Virus record (IMG/VR): IMGVR_UViG_3300037041_002188
Span: 1-54,320 of that record
DNA length: 54,320 bases
Source: a virus
Lineage: Duplodnaviria; Caudoviricetes
Strand: one strand, 5' to 3'
In this document: in pieces, positions 9,738-19,896 of the stretch
Numbering within the stretch: position 1 is the first letter of the stretch
How the letters are laid out: the number at the start of each line of letters is the position of its first letter
Translations under genes and position numbers: made by a program
Notes under the pieces: generated by a model
What the model saw: only the letters and a program-made list of their open reading frames with translations
What the model was told of the DNA's origin: nothing
Databases searched by the model: none

Positions 9738-10415
9738 ATGCAAAAAAATGATTTAATAAAACAATTAACTTCACTCGGAATTAAAGTTCAAGGTGGTTTT
9801 GTTAAAAGAAAAGATATAGAGAAGGTTTTAGACAAATCCTTTTTGATTCGAAATCTTGCTAAACATATTTTATTAGCTAATGACTTAACAAAAATTCCGT
9901 TACCACCTGATCTTCAAGGTAGTTTTAATTCTAAACCTCTTTTATCGAATGTTGTTTCTGCTTTAGCGGCTATAGGGTCTGATAAGTGCAAAAATGCTTT
10001 GGCTAATATATGGATGCTTATAAATCCAGATAAGCCTATACCACGTTCAGATGATTGGATGTCTGAAGGTTCTGATGAGATAGAAAGAGGGGAACATCTG
10101 GACTGGAAATCTATTGTGCGTCCATCTAATGCTGTTCTTAAAGATCCTAAGATTGTTACTAAATATAAGGGACTAGACAGACATCCGAAAGGCTATTTTA
10201 GGACAATTCAATTTGATCCTGATGTCATTGCTAAGGCAATATATCCAGTTGAACATGACATGAGAGATGATGGTGACTATATTTTTTCTGCGTGGAAAAA
10301 GGGAGAGCTAAGTCCGATTATCACGATAGATAACCATTTGGGCGATGGTAGTCATCGATGTATGCTTGCTTATTGGCTCGGTGTAGATGTTGCTGTAGTT
10401 GAGTTGAATATTTGA
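9738..10415 (+). CDS. ParB/Srx-like domain protein with basic N-terminal leader
   Basis: PIITIDNHLGDGSHR motif; N-terminus MQKNDLIKQLTSLGIKVQGGFVKRKD is homologous to that of 7988. Confidence 0.6.
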   Translation: MQKNDLIKQLTSLGIKVQGGFVKRKDIEKVLDKSFLIRNLAKHILLANDLTKIPLPPDLQGSFNSKPLLSNVVSALAAIGSDKCKNALANIWMLINPDKPIPRSDDWMSEGSDEIERGEHLDWKSIVRPSNAVLKDPKIVTKYKGLDRHPKGYFRTIQFDPDVIAKAIYPVEHDMRDDGDYIFSAWKKGELSPIITIDNHLGDGSHRCMLAYWLGVDVAVVELNI

Positions 10416-10456
10416 CCGGGTTGTGAAGAAATAATTTCTTTCTCATTAGGTGATTA

Positions 10457-10747
10457 ATGACTCGTGGGATTAATAAAAAACTACAAGATGAGTATGTAAA
10501 TAATAAAGAGAAATCTCGTACTGAGAAAATGAAGATTGGTAAAGGTAAGCGGTTTTTTACCTATACATCAACATTCGGTATGGCTGTGGTAGCTAGGTGT
10601 CCTTACTGTAATACGGTTACAGGATTATCACGAGAACAATCTGGTCAATATATGCGCCTATGTTTTAATATGATGTTAAGTGTAGATACTGCAACAAAAG
10701 CCATTTGCAATTTTTGTAATAAAGAGGTCTACGGGTTTCATTCCTAG
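10457..10747 (+). CDS. Small zinc-ribbon protein
   Basis: CPYC...CNFC; SD AGGTG. Confidence 0.6.
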   Translation: MTRGINKKLQDEYVNNKEKSRTEKMKIGKGKRFFTYTSTFGMAVVARCPYCNTVTGLSREQSGQYMRLCFNMMLSVDTATKAICNFCNKEVYGFHS

Positions 10748-10765
10748 CTATAGAACGGGGTAGCC

Positions 10766-11359
10766 ATGTCACGTAAAAAGATTTTGACCGCACTGCGAAG
10801 GGTATTTTCACTCAAAAAACCCCATCAGAAAAATACTAAAGTAATCTCAAAAAAAGTATATCTTGGGTATGATGTTGTGGATTGGCTAGAGTCTTGGGTT
10901 TTTTCAGTGCCTAGTAGAAGAGAAACCCCAACTAAAAAAGTTTTAACAGATTTAGGTCAGGCAGAGAACATTAAACCTTTAAGACCTATGACACTGTATC
11001 GTGGGTTTAATCAAGGGGATTCAAAGACTCTTGAAATGTATATGAAAAAGTTTTTTGGCGGTATTGTTAAGGTAGGTGATACTGTTACTATCCAAGATAA
11101 AGAGTACTCCTCATGGACAAAAGATATAAAGATTGCTAAAGAGTTTGCTTCGAAAGAATTAATAGGTGGTCAAATAAATAAAAAATATGATGGTCTTGTA
11201 GTTAGTGCTGTATTACAACCAAAAGACATGTTGGTTGAAATTTCAAAAGTTCAAGGACTAGATACCGCACTTTCGAAAGATATCCGAGAGGAGAAAGAGA
11301 TAATAGTTAACCCCGGTACATTTAAAGGTGTGATAGTAAGCATACTAAAATGGAAATGA
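10766..11359 (+). CDS. ADP-ribosyltransferase-like protein (R-S-E type)
   Basis: LYRG...YSSWTKDIKIAKEFA...EEKEIIV; similar to domain 2 of the first ORF. Confidence 0.65.
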   Translation: MSRKKILTALRRVFSLKKPHQKNTKVISKKVYLGYDVVDWLESWVFSVPSRRETPTKKVLTDLGQAENIKPLRPMTLYRGFNQGDSKTLEMYMKKFFGGIVKVGDTVTIQDKEYSSWTKDIKIAKEFASKELIGGQINKKYDGLVVSAVLQPKDMLVEISKVQGLDTALSKDIREEKEIIVNPGTFKGVIVSILKWK

Positions 11360-11398
11360 CTTATATATCATCCCTTAAGTGACTTATAGGCTTATATA

Positions 11399-11716
11399 TC
11401 ATCCGTTCAAAGCCCACTCTTTTACCTTATCAGCTTCCTTTAATCGTTTACTTCTTTTCTCCCCTACAAATAACCCTTCTTCTTGGTACTTTTGTCGCAC
11501 TCTTCGAATAGATTCCATGGTAGGTGTATCTTCATCCATTATGATTTCTTTTAGCTTTGCATAAGCCTCTGGACCAATTTTGTGCTGCATACCATATTCC
11601 ATATTTAAATACGCAAGCCAAAGAAGTTTATCAGAGTCTCTAAGAACAGAATAATTTTCGAGAAGAAAACCTACACGATCTTTGATTGTGACGACACTTT
11701 CAGATACTGATGACAT
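11399..11716 (-). CDS. Hypothetical phage protein
   Basis: 105 aa, SD AAGGAG. Confidence 0.7.
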   Translation of the reverse strand: MSSVSESVVTIKDRVGFLLENYSVLRDSDKLLWLAYLNMEYGMQHKIGPEAYAKLKEIIMDEDTPTMESIRRVRQKYQEEGLFVGEKRSKRLKEADKVKEWALNG

Positions 11717-11732
11717 ATTAGTCTCCTTATAG

Positions 11733-11757
11733 AAAAGGGCGATTAGCCCTTTTTTTT
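11733..11757. terminator. Intrinsic terminator hairpin
   Basis: AAAAGGGC-GATTA-GCCCTTTTTTTT at the 3' end of the VWA gene. Confidence 0.7.
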
Positions 11758-13924
11758 AGATAGCTACTTTCTTTTCAGTTAATGAGATTGTGAATTCAAA
11801 ACCATCAATAATAAGTTGGTTCTCTTCTCTTGAACTAAACTCTGTAAACCATTTTTTGCATAGCAGTACAGCAAACTTTGTTTCTTGAATTTGCCTTCTT
11901 ACTTTTTTTAGTTCATTACTCATTTCAGAGATTTTACTAGTAAACCAATCAAGACTAGGCTTAGTTTCATTTTGATACATAGCAATACCGGCAGATACTA
12001 ATACATCACTTGTAGTGAGTTTTTTATTCTCTTTCATCTTCGCTGTTACTACTTCAATCTTAGGTAAGCTAGATAATCCTTTTACCTTAATAGCAAACTC
12101 TTTAGCGAAGTAAAAATCTGTTGACTCACTATCAACGACTGGTGGTTCATACGCTCCAGTTTTGGTATTGATACCAATTTCTTCTAGGAAGGCTTGTTGT
12201 TTCTCAATAAAGGTTTTAGCTGTCTCAGCAGTAACTTCTTTTTCAGGGAAATCTTGATCTCTAAAATACTTTAATGATTTAAGAGTCGCCTTTAGCTTTT
12301 GCTCCTGAATAACTAGCTTACAAAGTTCAGTAGCCGAAGTTTTACCTTCAGCAATTTTCCTGTTAACTATAGGAACTGCATCTAGCCGAATGGTGTAGAT
12401 GCGGTCTTTGTCATACTCTGAAGGATCAATAACACCTTTTTGTACTAAGGCATTATATGTCGCCTCAGAGAAAGTAGATGGAACTTTGGCAACATTCAAA
12501 ATACCATCTTTGACAAAGGTATAGTTTTTGAACTGATAGGTATTATATTTCTGTGAGAGATTATATTTTTTAGCTTCATCGGGAAGATGAATATGTCCTT
12601 GAAGAATAGCTCTTAATGAAAGATTAAGTTTAGTTTCATTCCATACTACATCTGCAAAGGATGCCTTAGAATCAATATCTGCTTTGAACTTTGGATATTT
12701 TTCATCTGGTAAAGATTGCTTACCAATTCTTTTATAAATAAACGCCTCGTGGCGTGGGTAAAAATATGCATCCTTATCAGCAGCAAGGATATCAAGGAGA
12801 TCCAGTAAACAAAAGGCATCTGCTGGCGGCACATATCCCGATACTTTACCGTCTAGGAATCGTTTAGAGGGGTCTACAACAGCGTTTCGGATGCCTTCCT
12901 CGGCTACCCCGTACTCAGCATTGGTAAAGCTATTTGTGACCATATCTATGAGCTTCTTGTCACCGAGTGAACCTAGCACATCGATAGCAACATCTGTTTT
13001 AGTTTTTTGAGTCAAGATGAAAGCCGCAGCATATAATGCTTTTTCAAAAGGTTTATTACTTTTGGTGAGCTTGATTCCCTTTGGTTTTGTATTTGTGAGA
13101 ACAAACAAAGATACCTTTTCATTATCGTTGCAGGAAATATTTACTTCGTTGTCCTTATTGGCGGCATAGAGGTTTATGCTGTTGCCGTTGATGTTATAAA
13201 TAAGAGTATCTTGATTGATCTCATTTTTCAGTTTCACAACTAGTTTTTTACTCTCTTGTGCGGTTTGCATAAAAGATTCTAGTGATACTGAAAAAGATGG
13301 CAAATTGGCTGAGTGGGTTAATGATCCACCAATCTTTTCTGCCATGTCAGACATTAATTGCTTATTGTAGTAATCACCATACCCAACAAGTAGTGAAGAA
13401 GTAATCTTATTGTTTAATCCCTCGATGGCAGAATTAATCTCTTGGAGTTCTCTTGTGTATGAAGATACAACTGGGTACCCATCTGTAAAGAACACTAATG
13501 AAAAACATGAAGAGAAAATAGCTAAATCTTCTATTATTTGTTTCGTGTCATGGAGTATTTCAGAAAAGCAAGTACAGCCCATAGTAGTATTATTTGCTAG
13601 GAGCATCTTCTCTAGTAATGAATAATCCTTTTCTTCGGTTACTTTGAACCCTTTAATAATAAAATTCTTCTGACCCTCACCAGAAAACCAACCAAAAGTA
13701 ATAGTATCCCCTTTAGGTATTTTCTTTACTCTCTCAATCAAATCATCCACGAGTTTGCTGAGAAGTCCATACATAGAACCAGATCTATCATATAGAAATA
13801 TGTGGTTAACGGGATCACGAGTTAGCTTCTTTTTTAGTGTATCATCCAAAGAAATAAAGCTATACTCAGTTAAGAAAAGATTACTGTTGACTTGAATATA
13901 CTCATTACCAAACTTGTTATTCAT
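11756..13924 (-). CDS. Large VWA-domain protein
   Basis: MIDAS motif DRSGSM, T, and TDG; SD GGGAG; long uncharacterised C-terminal region. Confidence 0.8.
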   Translation of the reverse strand: MNNKFGNEYIQVNSNLFLTEYSFISLDDTLKKKLTRDPVNHIFLYDRSGSMYGLLSKLVDDLIERVKKIPKGDTITFGWFSGEGQKNFIIKGFKVTEEKDYSLLEKMLLANNTTMGCTCFSEILHDTKQIIEDLAIFSSCFSLVFFTDGYPVVSSYTRELQEINSAIEGLNNKITSSLLVGYGDYYNKQLMSDMAEKIGGSLTHSANLPSFSVSLESFMQTAQESKKLVVKLKNEINQDTLIYNINGNSINLYAANKDNEVNISCNDNEKVSLFVLTNTKPKGIKLTKSNKPFEKALYAAAFILTQKTKTDVAIDVLGSLGDKKLIDMVTNSFTNAEYGVAEEGIRNAVVDPSKRFLDGKVSGYVPPADAFCLLDLLDILAADKDAYFYPRHEAFIYKRIGKQSLPDEKYPKFKADIDSKASFADVVWNETKLNLSLRAILQGHIHLPDEAKKYNLSQKYNTYQFKNYTFVKDGILNVAKVPSTFSEATYNALVQKGVIDPSEYDKDRIYTIRLDAVPIVNRKIAEGKTSATELCKLVIQEQKLKATLKSLKYFRDQDFPEKEVTAETAKTFIEKQQAFLEEIGINTKTGAYEPPVVDSESTDFYFAKEFAIKVKGLSSLPKIEVVTAKMKENKKLTTSDVLVSAGIAMYQNETKPSLDWFTSKISEMSNELKKVRRQIQETKFAVLLCKKWFTEFSSREENQLIIDGFEFTISLTEKKVAI

Positions 13925-14049
13925 ACGGTACTCCCAAAAAATATGAAAATGTACAATGTAAATCCAAAAAATATGTATATATGTGAATTACTACTGTAGT
14001 GTTATAACACTTTACAATTTGTTTGCCAAATTTTTTCAGAGGTGTATTA

Positions 14050-15426
14050 ATGGAAATAATAGATAAACCAACACTACTAGATAAACTGTACGTGCCAACA
14101 CATCTAGTACCGTTTAATGCTCTGAGTGATTTTATGGCTACAGTGAGAGATGTTGAGGGTACCGATAATAATCTTCAATTTTTTGAACATGATTATGAAT
14201 CAGGTATTAGTAAATTTGCTAGGGGTGATTTAGAATTACTCAATAAGCATTTTGGCCAGTATGGTATTGAGGATAAAAGAGCAGTAGTGCCATTAGGGAT
14301 ACCATTAGAGTTTAGTGGTACCCTCAGACATAATCAGCAAACAGTAGTCGATAGTGTTTTAAATAGTGATGGTGCTGGCCTAGTTTCAGCCCCACCTCGA
14401 TTTGGCAAGACAGTTGTTATGACGTACCTGACATGCAAGATAGCTCAGAAAACATTATTTCTTTCACATCAAATCGATTTAAGTAAACAGGCTTTGAAAA
14501 CTTTTTGGAAAATGACCAACATTTTAGATCTGGAATACGATGCCAATAAACAACTCATAGGCATTGTAGAAAAGTGGGAAGATCTAGATAGGTTTCATAT
14601 TTGTTTCATGCCATATCAAAAATTTATCCAGAATGAGAAATCTTGGAAAAAGTTAGCTGACTATAGAGATAAATTTGGACTGGTGTTTGTTGATGAGGTC
14701 CATAGGTCGAATGCCCCTCAGTATAGTAAGGTGGTATCTAGTTTCAATAGTCGCTGGCGACTAGGGGTATCTGCTACCGTTAAGATCAAAAGCGGCATGG
14801 ACGTTGTGAGTCAGTTTATAGTTGGACCTATTATAGCTAAGGGAGTAGCTGACCAAGTACCCTGTCAGGTTCGGATTGTGAAAACTGGTATTGTTATTCC
14901 CTTTAGGTGTGTCGAGATAAAAACATTTTTTCAGGCTATGTGGGATTTTTTAAATAACCACAATGTTAGAAACGATTTCATAATTGAATACATTGCAGCA
15001 TATGCCAGATCAGGCCATTACTGCATAGCTATGGCTGAGAGAACCAAGATGCTCGATTACATTACAAATGGATTAAAGCAGCGAGGTATTGTAGCACAAT
15101 CTTTCCATTCCAAATCGGTTAAAGGTAAAAAGCAAAGAGAAGATATTTTACAGAAAGCTCGTAAGGGAGAGATACAGGTACTCGTCGCCAATAGGAGTAT
15201 GACTCTGGGGCTAGACATTCCAAGGCTGACAACTTTCTTTAACCTAACACCTTCCTCTAATCAACCAAACTATTATCAGGATTTGAGTAGGGTGCGGACA
15301 CCTTATGAGAATAAAAATCTAGCTTACATAATCGATTTTGAGGACTGGCATCCTATTGCTAAGAATTGTTTGAATAGTCGCTTAAAGGTTTATAAGCGAA
15401 ATAATTTTGAAGTACTTTTTGTGTAG
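14050..15426 (+). CDS. Superfamily 2 DEAD/DEAH-type helicase (UvsW-like)
   Basis: Walker A APPRFGKT, DEVH, SAT, GLDIP, QDLSRVR; SD GAGGTG before ATG 14050. Confidence 0.9.
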   Translation: MEIIDKPTLLDKLYVPTHLVPFNALSDFMATVRDVEGTDNNLQFFEHDYESGISKFARGDLELLNKHFGQYGIEDKRAVVPLGIPLEFSGTLRHNQQTVVDSVLNSDGAGLVSAPPRFGKTVVMTYLTCKIAQKTLFLSHQIDLSKQALKTFWKMTNILDLEYDANKQLIGIVEKWEDLDRFHICFMPYQKFIQNEKSWKKLADYRDKFGLVFVDEVHRSNAPQYSKVVSSFNSRWRLGVSATVKIKSGMDVVSQFIVGPIIAKGVADQVPCQVRIVKTGIVIPFRCVEIKTFFQAMWDFLNNHNVRNDFIIEYIAAYARSGHYCIAMAERTKMLDYITNGLKQRGIVAQSFHSKSVKGKKQREDILQKARKGEIQVLVANRSMTLGLDIPRLTTFFNLTPSSNQPNYYQDLSRVRTPYENKNLAYIIDFEDWHPIAKNCLNSRLKVYKRNNFEVLFV

Positions 15427-15435
15427 GGGTTAAAT

Positions 15436-16320
15436 ATGGGGAGAAAAATAAAAGATTTAACAGGTATGAGATTTGGTAGGCTTTTAGCTGTTGAACTTAC
15501 AGATAAGTATATAGGTAGCAATGTTGTTTGGAAATGTGTATGTGCTTGTGGAGAAGAAACATATGTACGATCTAGTAAATTAGTATCAGGAGAATCTAAA
15601 TCTTGTGGGTGTGGTAGATGGAAAGATTTATTAGGTTTAAAATTTGGTAATCTTTTAGTAGAGAGGCTTACTGACAATCCTAGTTCTAGTGGAGATTTTG
15701 TATGGGAGTGTTTGTGTGATTGTGGGAAAAGAAAAAAAATTCGTAGTTCATATTTAAATAAAAGAGGATATACCACATCTTGTGGGTGTAAAGGTTCTTT
15801 TTATTCTAGTTGGTCAAGTATGATGACACGTTGTTACAAACATACATATAATTGTTACCATCGATATGGTGGTCGAGGTATTAAGGTTTGTGAAGAATGG
15901 CATTCTGTAGAAAATTTTTACAGAGATATGGGCGATCCACCAAGTAAGAAGCATTCACTTGGACGAATAGATAATGATAAAGATTATGGGCCTAGCAATT
16001 GTCGTTGGGAAACTGTTGAACAACAAAGTAATAATAAATCAACAAGTAGATTTTTGACTTTAAAAAATGAAACTAATACCATTGCACAATGGTCAAAAAT
16101 ATATAATTTGAAAATTGGAACTATTTGGAAGCGTTTATCGCTAGGTTGGCCCGTAGAAAAAGCATTACTAACACCTGTAAGAAAACTAGTAAGAAAAAAG
16201 TGTAATGAAGATTTTAAAAGTGTAGATTTCCCACAGCCACAACCGTTTACTAAAGAAGTTTTTGATGAGGCTATTGCAATGATTGAAAAATGGGATTTCA
16301 CGATTGAGAAAGGTGGTTAA
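15436..16320 (+). CDS. Free-standing HNH-type homing endonuclease with Cys-rich DLTGxRFGxL repeats
   Basis: Two DLxGxxFGxL..W.C.C.CG..SCGC repeats, RYGGRGIKVC, SLGRIDNDKDYGPSNCRW, C-terminal HTH-like segment. Confidence 0.85.
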   Translation: MGRKIKDLTGMRFGRLLAVELTDKYIGSNVVWKCVCACGEETYVRSSKLVSGESKSCGCGRWKDLLGLKFGNLLVERLTDNPSSSGDFVWECLCDCGKRKKIRSSYLNKRGYTTSCGCKGSFYSSWSSMMTRCYKHTYNCYHRYGGRGIKVCEEWHSVENFYRDMGDPPSKKHSLGRIDNDKDYGPSNCRWETVEQQSNNKSTSRFLTLKNETNTIAQWSKIYNLKIGTIWKRLSLGWPVEKALLTPVRKLVRKKCNEDFKSVDFPQPQPFTKEVFDEAIAMIEKWDFTIEKGG

Positions 16321-16650
16321 ATGGCATCTAAAAAGAAAGATATAGCAGGTATGCGATTTGGTAAACTTGTGGCGGTTAACCCTACAGATTGTAAATGTGT
16401 AGTTTGGGTGTGTAATTGTGATTGTGGAAATTTAACACAAGTTAGCAGTTCTAACTTACAGAGTGGAGATATTAAATCTTGTGGATGTTTCCAAAGTAGT
16501 CTTACAAGTGAAAATAGGCCGATTACCTATAAAGGGGAAACTAAAACAGTAGCACAATGGGCAAAATTACAACATTTGTCTCCAACAAGAATACTCACTC
16601 GTTTACATACAGGTTGGTCTATTTCAAAAACATTAACAACACCGGCATAA
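16321..16650 (+). CDS. Nuclease-less derivative of the preceding endonuclease (DNA-binding modules only)
   Basis: One DIAGMRFGKL/KSCGC repeat fused directly to the ITYKGETKTVAQWA...GWSISKTLTTP tail; catalytic segment absent. Confidence 0.7.
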   Translation: MASKKKDIAGMRFGKLVAVNPTDCKCVVWVCNCDCGNLTQVSSSNLQSGDIKSCGCFQSSLTSENRPITYKGETKTVAQWAKLQHLSPTRILTRLHTGWSISKTLTTPA

Positions 16651-16662
16651 AAAGGTTGGTAA

Positions 16663-16893
16663 ATGACATCCAAAAAGAAAACACATCTCTATGTTAGCTG
16701 CCATCCTTACAAATATGCTCGGTACATTTTCTGTCTTTCAGATCTTGTTGAAGAAGATGATTATGATAAGTGGTTAGTGAGTGACAAAATAGAAGAAGTG
16801 ACTTGTAAAAAGTGTTTGAAGTATGATGCCAAGCTAACCAAACAAATGCTTGAGGCTGGTGTTATAGATGAAAGTGGTAAAGTAATTATATAA
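16663..16893 (+). CDS. Hypothetical small Cys/His protein
   Basis: 76 aa, VTCKKC motif. Confidence 0.55.
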   Translation: MTSKKKTHLYVSCHPYKYARYIFCLSDLVEEDDYDKWLVSDKIEEVTCKKCLKYDAKLTKQMLEAGVIDESGKVII

Positions 16894-16920
16894 GTTTTGA
16901 AGTAACAGGAAAACCCTTGC

Positions 16921-17301
16921 ATGAAATACTTGTCAATAGATTACCCTAAAAAGGAAATGGTCAGATATCAAATAGAATGTAAGATATGTAAAAAGCTATT
17001 TCTACACATAGCTAATAATAATGATGATCTTAAAACAGTTTGCAATTCTTGTGTTACCAGTAAGGATAATGTCATGAGCATATATGATGAAAATGTAATG
17101 ATCTGTTCAGATGAAGATTATATTCGAGTGAAGCGAGATCTCGAAGCAAATAAAATAGCGTTGGATAAAGAGAGAGTCTTTTTCGTATCTAGTAGGTTTA
17201 CTGAAACACAGATTGAAACAATTTTGGCACCGCTATCTTATGCCATAGCTTTAGCTCAAGATTCAATAAAGGCATATGAATCTTCAAACTCTACTCAATA
17301 A
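16921..17301 (+). CDS. Hypothetical zinc-ribbon protein
   Basis: CKIC...CNSC. Confidence 0.55.
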   Translation: MKYLSIDYPKKEMVRYQIECKICKKLFLHIANNNDDLKTVCNSCVTSKDNVMSIYDENVMICSDEDYIRVKRDLEANKIALDKERVFFVSSRFTETQIETILAPLSYAIALAQDSIKAYESSNSTQ

Positions 17302-17303
17302 AT

Positions 17304-17891
17304 ATGAAGGGCTGTATGCGTAGGTATTGGTTTATTTCAGATATTCATATTGAGCATTCAAATGTGATTCATCTCTCTCATAGACCGTTTAAGAATATTA
17401 AAGAGATGGAACAAACCATTATAGATAACATCAATAAAAAAGTAAGAGTAGAGGATACTTTATTTTTATTAGGGGATGTTTGTTTAGGTAAAAAAGACGC
17501 ATGGGAAAGATTCTTAGATAGTTTGGTATGTAAGAATATAGTTCTTATTATAGGGAACCATGACCGGTGGGGCAATATCCCAAAAGACAAAGTAACTATG
17601 ATAGCCGACACGGTGCGGTTGAGGGCTTATGGTAGAACCTTTTTGTTATCCCATTACCCTTATAGGTGCAGTTGGTTTCGAGCTTTCTGGAAAAGACTAC
17701 ATCCATCAGTAACGAGTAAGAAGCGACCAAAGGATACAGGTCTTTGGCTTTTACATGGTCACGATCACAGAAAAACACAGCTATGTGATTACCACCCAAG
17801 GATGTTCAATGTTGGGGTAGATGCCAACAAGTTTAAACCTGTATCTATGGATGAAATAATACAAACGATTCAGAGGCAGGAAAGTAAATGA
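17304..17891 (+). CDS. Calcineurin-like metallophosphoesterase
   Basis: SDIH, LGDV, GNHD, SHYP, HGHDH, NVGVD motifs. Confidence 0.9.
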   Translation: MKGCMRRYWFISDIHIEHSNVIHLSHRPFKNIKEMEQTIIDNINKKVRVEDTLFLLGDVCLGKKDAWERFLDSLVCKNIVLIIGNHDRWGNIPKDKVTMIADTVRLRAYGRTFLLSHYPYRCSWFRAFWKRLHPSVTSKKRPKDTGLWLLHGHDHRKTQLCDYHPRMFNVGVDANKFKPVSMDEIIQTIQRQESK

Positions 17892-18865
17892 CTAAATCAA
17901 TAGTAGTAACTGGTGGTGCAGGTTTTGTAGGCTCTCATTTATGCACCGAACTTATTGCACAAGGTAATTTCGTTGTGTGTATAGATAACCTCTATACTGG
18001 CAGCACAGATAATATAAAACACCTTCTTAAAGATCCTAATTTCTCATTTCTACCTAACGATATTCTGCATAAACCTATTATTCTGCACGAGGTTGATGAG
18101 ATATACAATTTGGCATGTCCGGCATCTCCTATTCACTATCAAAGAGATCCTATCAAAACCGCACAAGTTAATTTTATAGGCGCAAGTAATATGCTTGAAC
18201 TTGCTAAAGATAAGGGTGCTAAAATCCTTCAAGCCTCTACTTCAGAGGTGTATGGAGATCCTATCGAGCATCCTCAGACAGAAAGCTATTGGGGGAATGT
18301 AAACCCTAACGGTATTCGGTCTTGTTATGACGAGGGTAAAAGAATAGCTGAGACACTTTTTTTCGATTACCACCGAATGCATAATGTAAGGATTAAAGTC
18401 GCTAGGATTTTTAATACCTATGGTCCCAGAATGCACCCCAAAGATGGTAGGGTGGTGAGTAACTTTATAGTTCAGGCACTGCAAAATAAACCATTAACGG
18501 TTTACGGTAGGGGTCAACAAACTAGGTCATTTTGTTATGTTGATGATTTGGTAGAGGGTCTTATAAAGCTAATGGCTACTGAAGATGATTTTACAGGCCC
18601 AGTTAATTTAGGGAACCCTTCTGAGTTCACCATATATGATCTTGCAAAAAAAGTTATAAAGCTAACCGGTGCTTTATCTGGCCCTTACCTGCCTCAAGAT
18701 ATTTTATTTTTATTTTGTACTCTACCGCAAGATGATCCTAAACAGCGAAAGCCAGATATTTCTTTAGCTAAAGAAAAACTTGGTTGGGAGCCTAAAGTAG
18801 AATTGGATGAGGGTCTAAAGCATACGATTGAATACTTCAGTACGCTAAATTTAACCGGCATATAG
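17888..18865 (+). CDS. uxs: UDP-glucuronate decarboxylase (UDP-xylose synthase; extended SDR)
   Basis: [58 protein letters not shown]. Confidence 0.92.
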   Translation: MTKSIVVTGGAGFVGSHLCTELIAQGNFVVCIDNLYTGSTDNIKHLLKDPNFSFLPNDILHKPIILHEVDEIYNLACPASPIHYQRDPIKTAQVNFIGASNMLELAKDKGAKILQASTSEVYGDPIEHPQTESYWGNVNPNGIRSCYDEGKRIAETLFFDYHRMHNVRIKVARIFNTYGPRMHPKDGRVVSNFIVQALQNKPLTVYGRGQQTRSFCYVDDLVEGLIKLMATEDDFTGPVNLGNPSEFTIYDLAKKVIKLTGALSGPYLPQDILFLFCTLPQDDPKQRKPDISLAKEKLGWEPKVELDEGLKHTIEYFSTLNLTGI

Positions 18866-18939
18866 ACTTTACAGTACGTGGTGTCTGTGGTAGATATCGA
18901 AGCGGTTACTCTCTTTTTTAACCCTATTTCGAGGTTCAT

Positions 18940-19167
18940 ATGTTTTTATATAGACTTGTTTTGGCAAATTTGGAAAAAAATACATCTGAAGAAGTTTTTG
19001 CTGTTGGTGTTGATCCGGTAGCTGTTATTGAAAAAGCAAAGGCGCATGACGCTGAGGCTACGGTCGTTAACCTTTCAGTTGTTGCCTCTACCGATGGTGA
19101 TGACTTTACTAAATTGTTAGATACTGAAGTGAAACCTGCTCCAGAAGCGACACCTGTAGCTGAGTAA
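18940..19167 (+). CDS. Small acidic hypothetical protein
   Basis: SD GAGGT, followed by a terminator. Confidence 0.65.
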   Translation: MFLYRLVLANLEKNTSEEVFAVGVDPVAVIEKAKAHDAEATVVNLSVVASTDGDDFTKLLDTEVKPAPEATPVAE

Positions 19168-19168
19168 T

Positions 19169-19197
19169 AAAAAAGGCTCTTAGATGAGCCTTTTTTT
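19169..19197. terminator. Bidirectional intrinsic terminator
   Basis: A6-GGCTC-TTAGAT-GAGCC-T7 between convergent genes. Confidence 0.85.
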
Positions 19198-19879
19198 AAT
19201 TGGTAGGTACGTGTTTTTTAAACTTCTCAGGACATTTCCAATTCCAAAATAATGCTCCACCGAAGATGCTAAATAAAATGATAGGTAGCACATGCTCATT
19301 GATACCGATGCCAAAGGTATGAAGAACGATATTAGCCCCTGCTATCAAAACCAAAACGAAAGCTGTTGGGTTTAGTATTGGAAACCTGTCAATTAGCTTT
19401 ATGAAAAAATTAGCAGCAAACCGCATCATAACGATACCCAAAACCGCACCAGTGATTAGTACCCACTTTTTTGACGATAGTGCCAATGCCACAGCGATAC
19501 TGTCTATTGAGAACATTAAATCAATTAACTCGACCGATACAATAGTACTCCATAATGGCGTTAACCATTTTACGGAAAAACCTGTATTTTGTTTTTCAGT
19601 AGCTTCTTTGGCAAAAAACAGTTCATGTACTGAAATGTAAACTAAATAACCACCAGCAAGAAACTTGATCCAGTTGTGCTGCATTAACCACGTACCTAAG
19701 AAGATAATAATGATCCTAAAAAAATAGGCTCCCCATATTCCATAGGTAAGGGCTTTCTTTTGATCCTTCGGATCTTTTAAACGTGTGCTAACCATAGAGG
19801 CTAAAACCAAGGCGTTATCGAAGGATAACAACCCCTCAAGAATAACAAGTTGTAAAATTATAATTACATCCAAAAACAT
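19196..19879 (-). CDS. terC: TerC family integral membrane protein
   Basis: LEGLLSFDNA, G..GAY.FR, DLMFSIDS, GIVMMRF; multiple TM helices. Confidence 0.9.
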   Translation of the reverse strand: MFLDVIIILQLVILEGLLSFDNALVLASMVSTRLKDPKDQKKALTYGIWGAYFFRIIIIFLGTWLMQHNWIKFLAGGYLVYISVHELFFAKEATEKQNTGFSVKWLTPLWSTIVSVELIDLMFSIDSIAVALALSSKKWVLITGAVLGIVMMRFAANFFIKLIDRFPILNPTAFVLVLIAGANIVLHTFGIGINEHVLPIILFSIFGGALFWNWKCPEKFKKHVPTN

Positions 19880-19896
19880 CGTAATCTCCTTAACTA

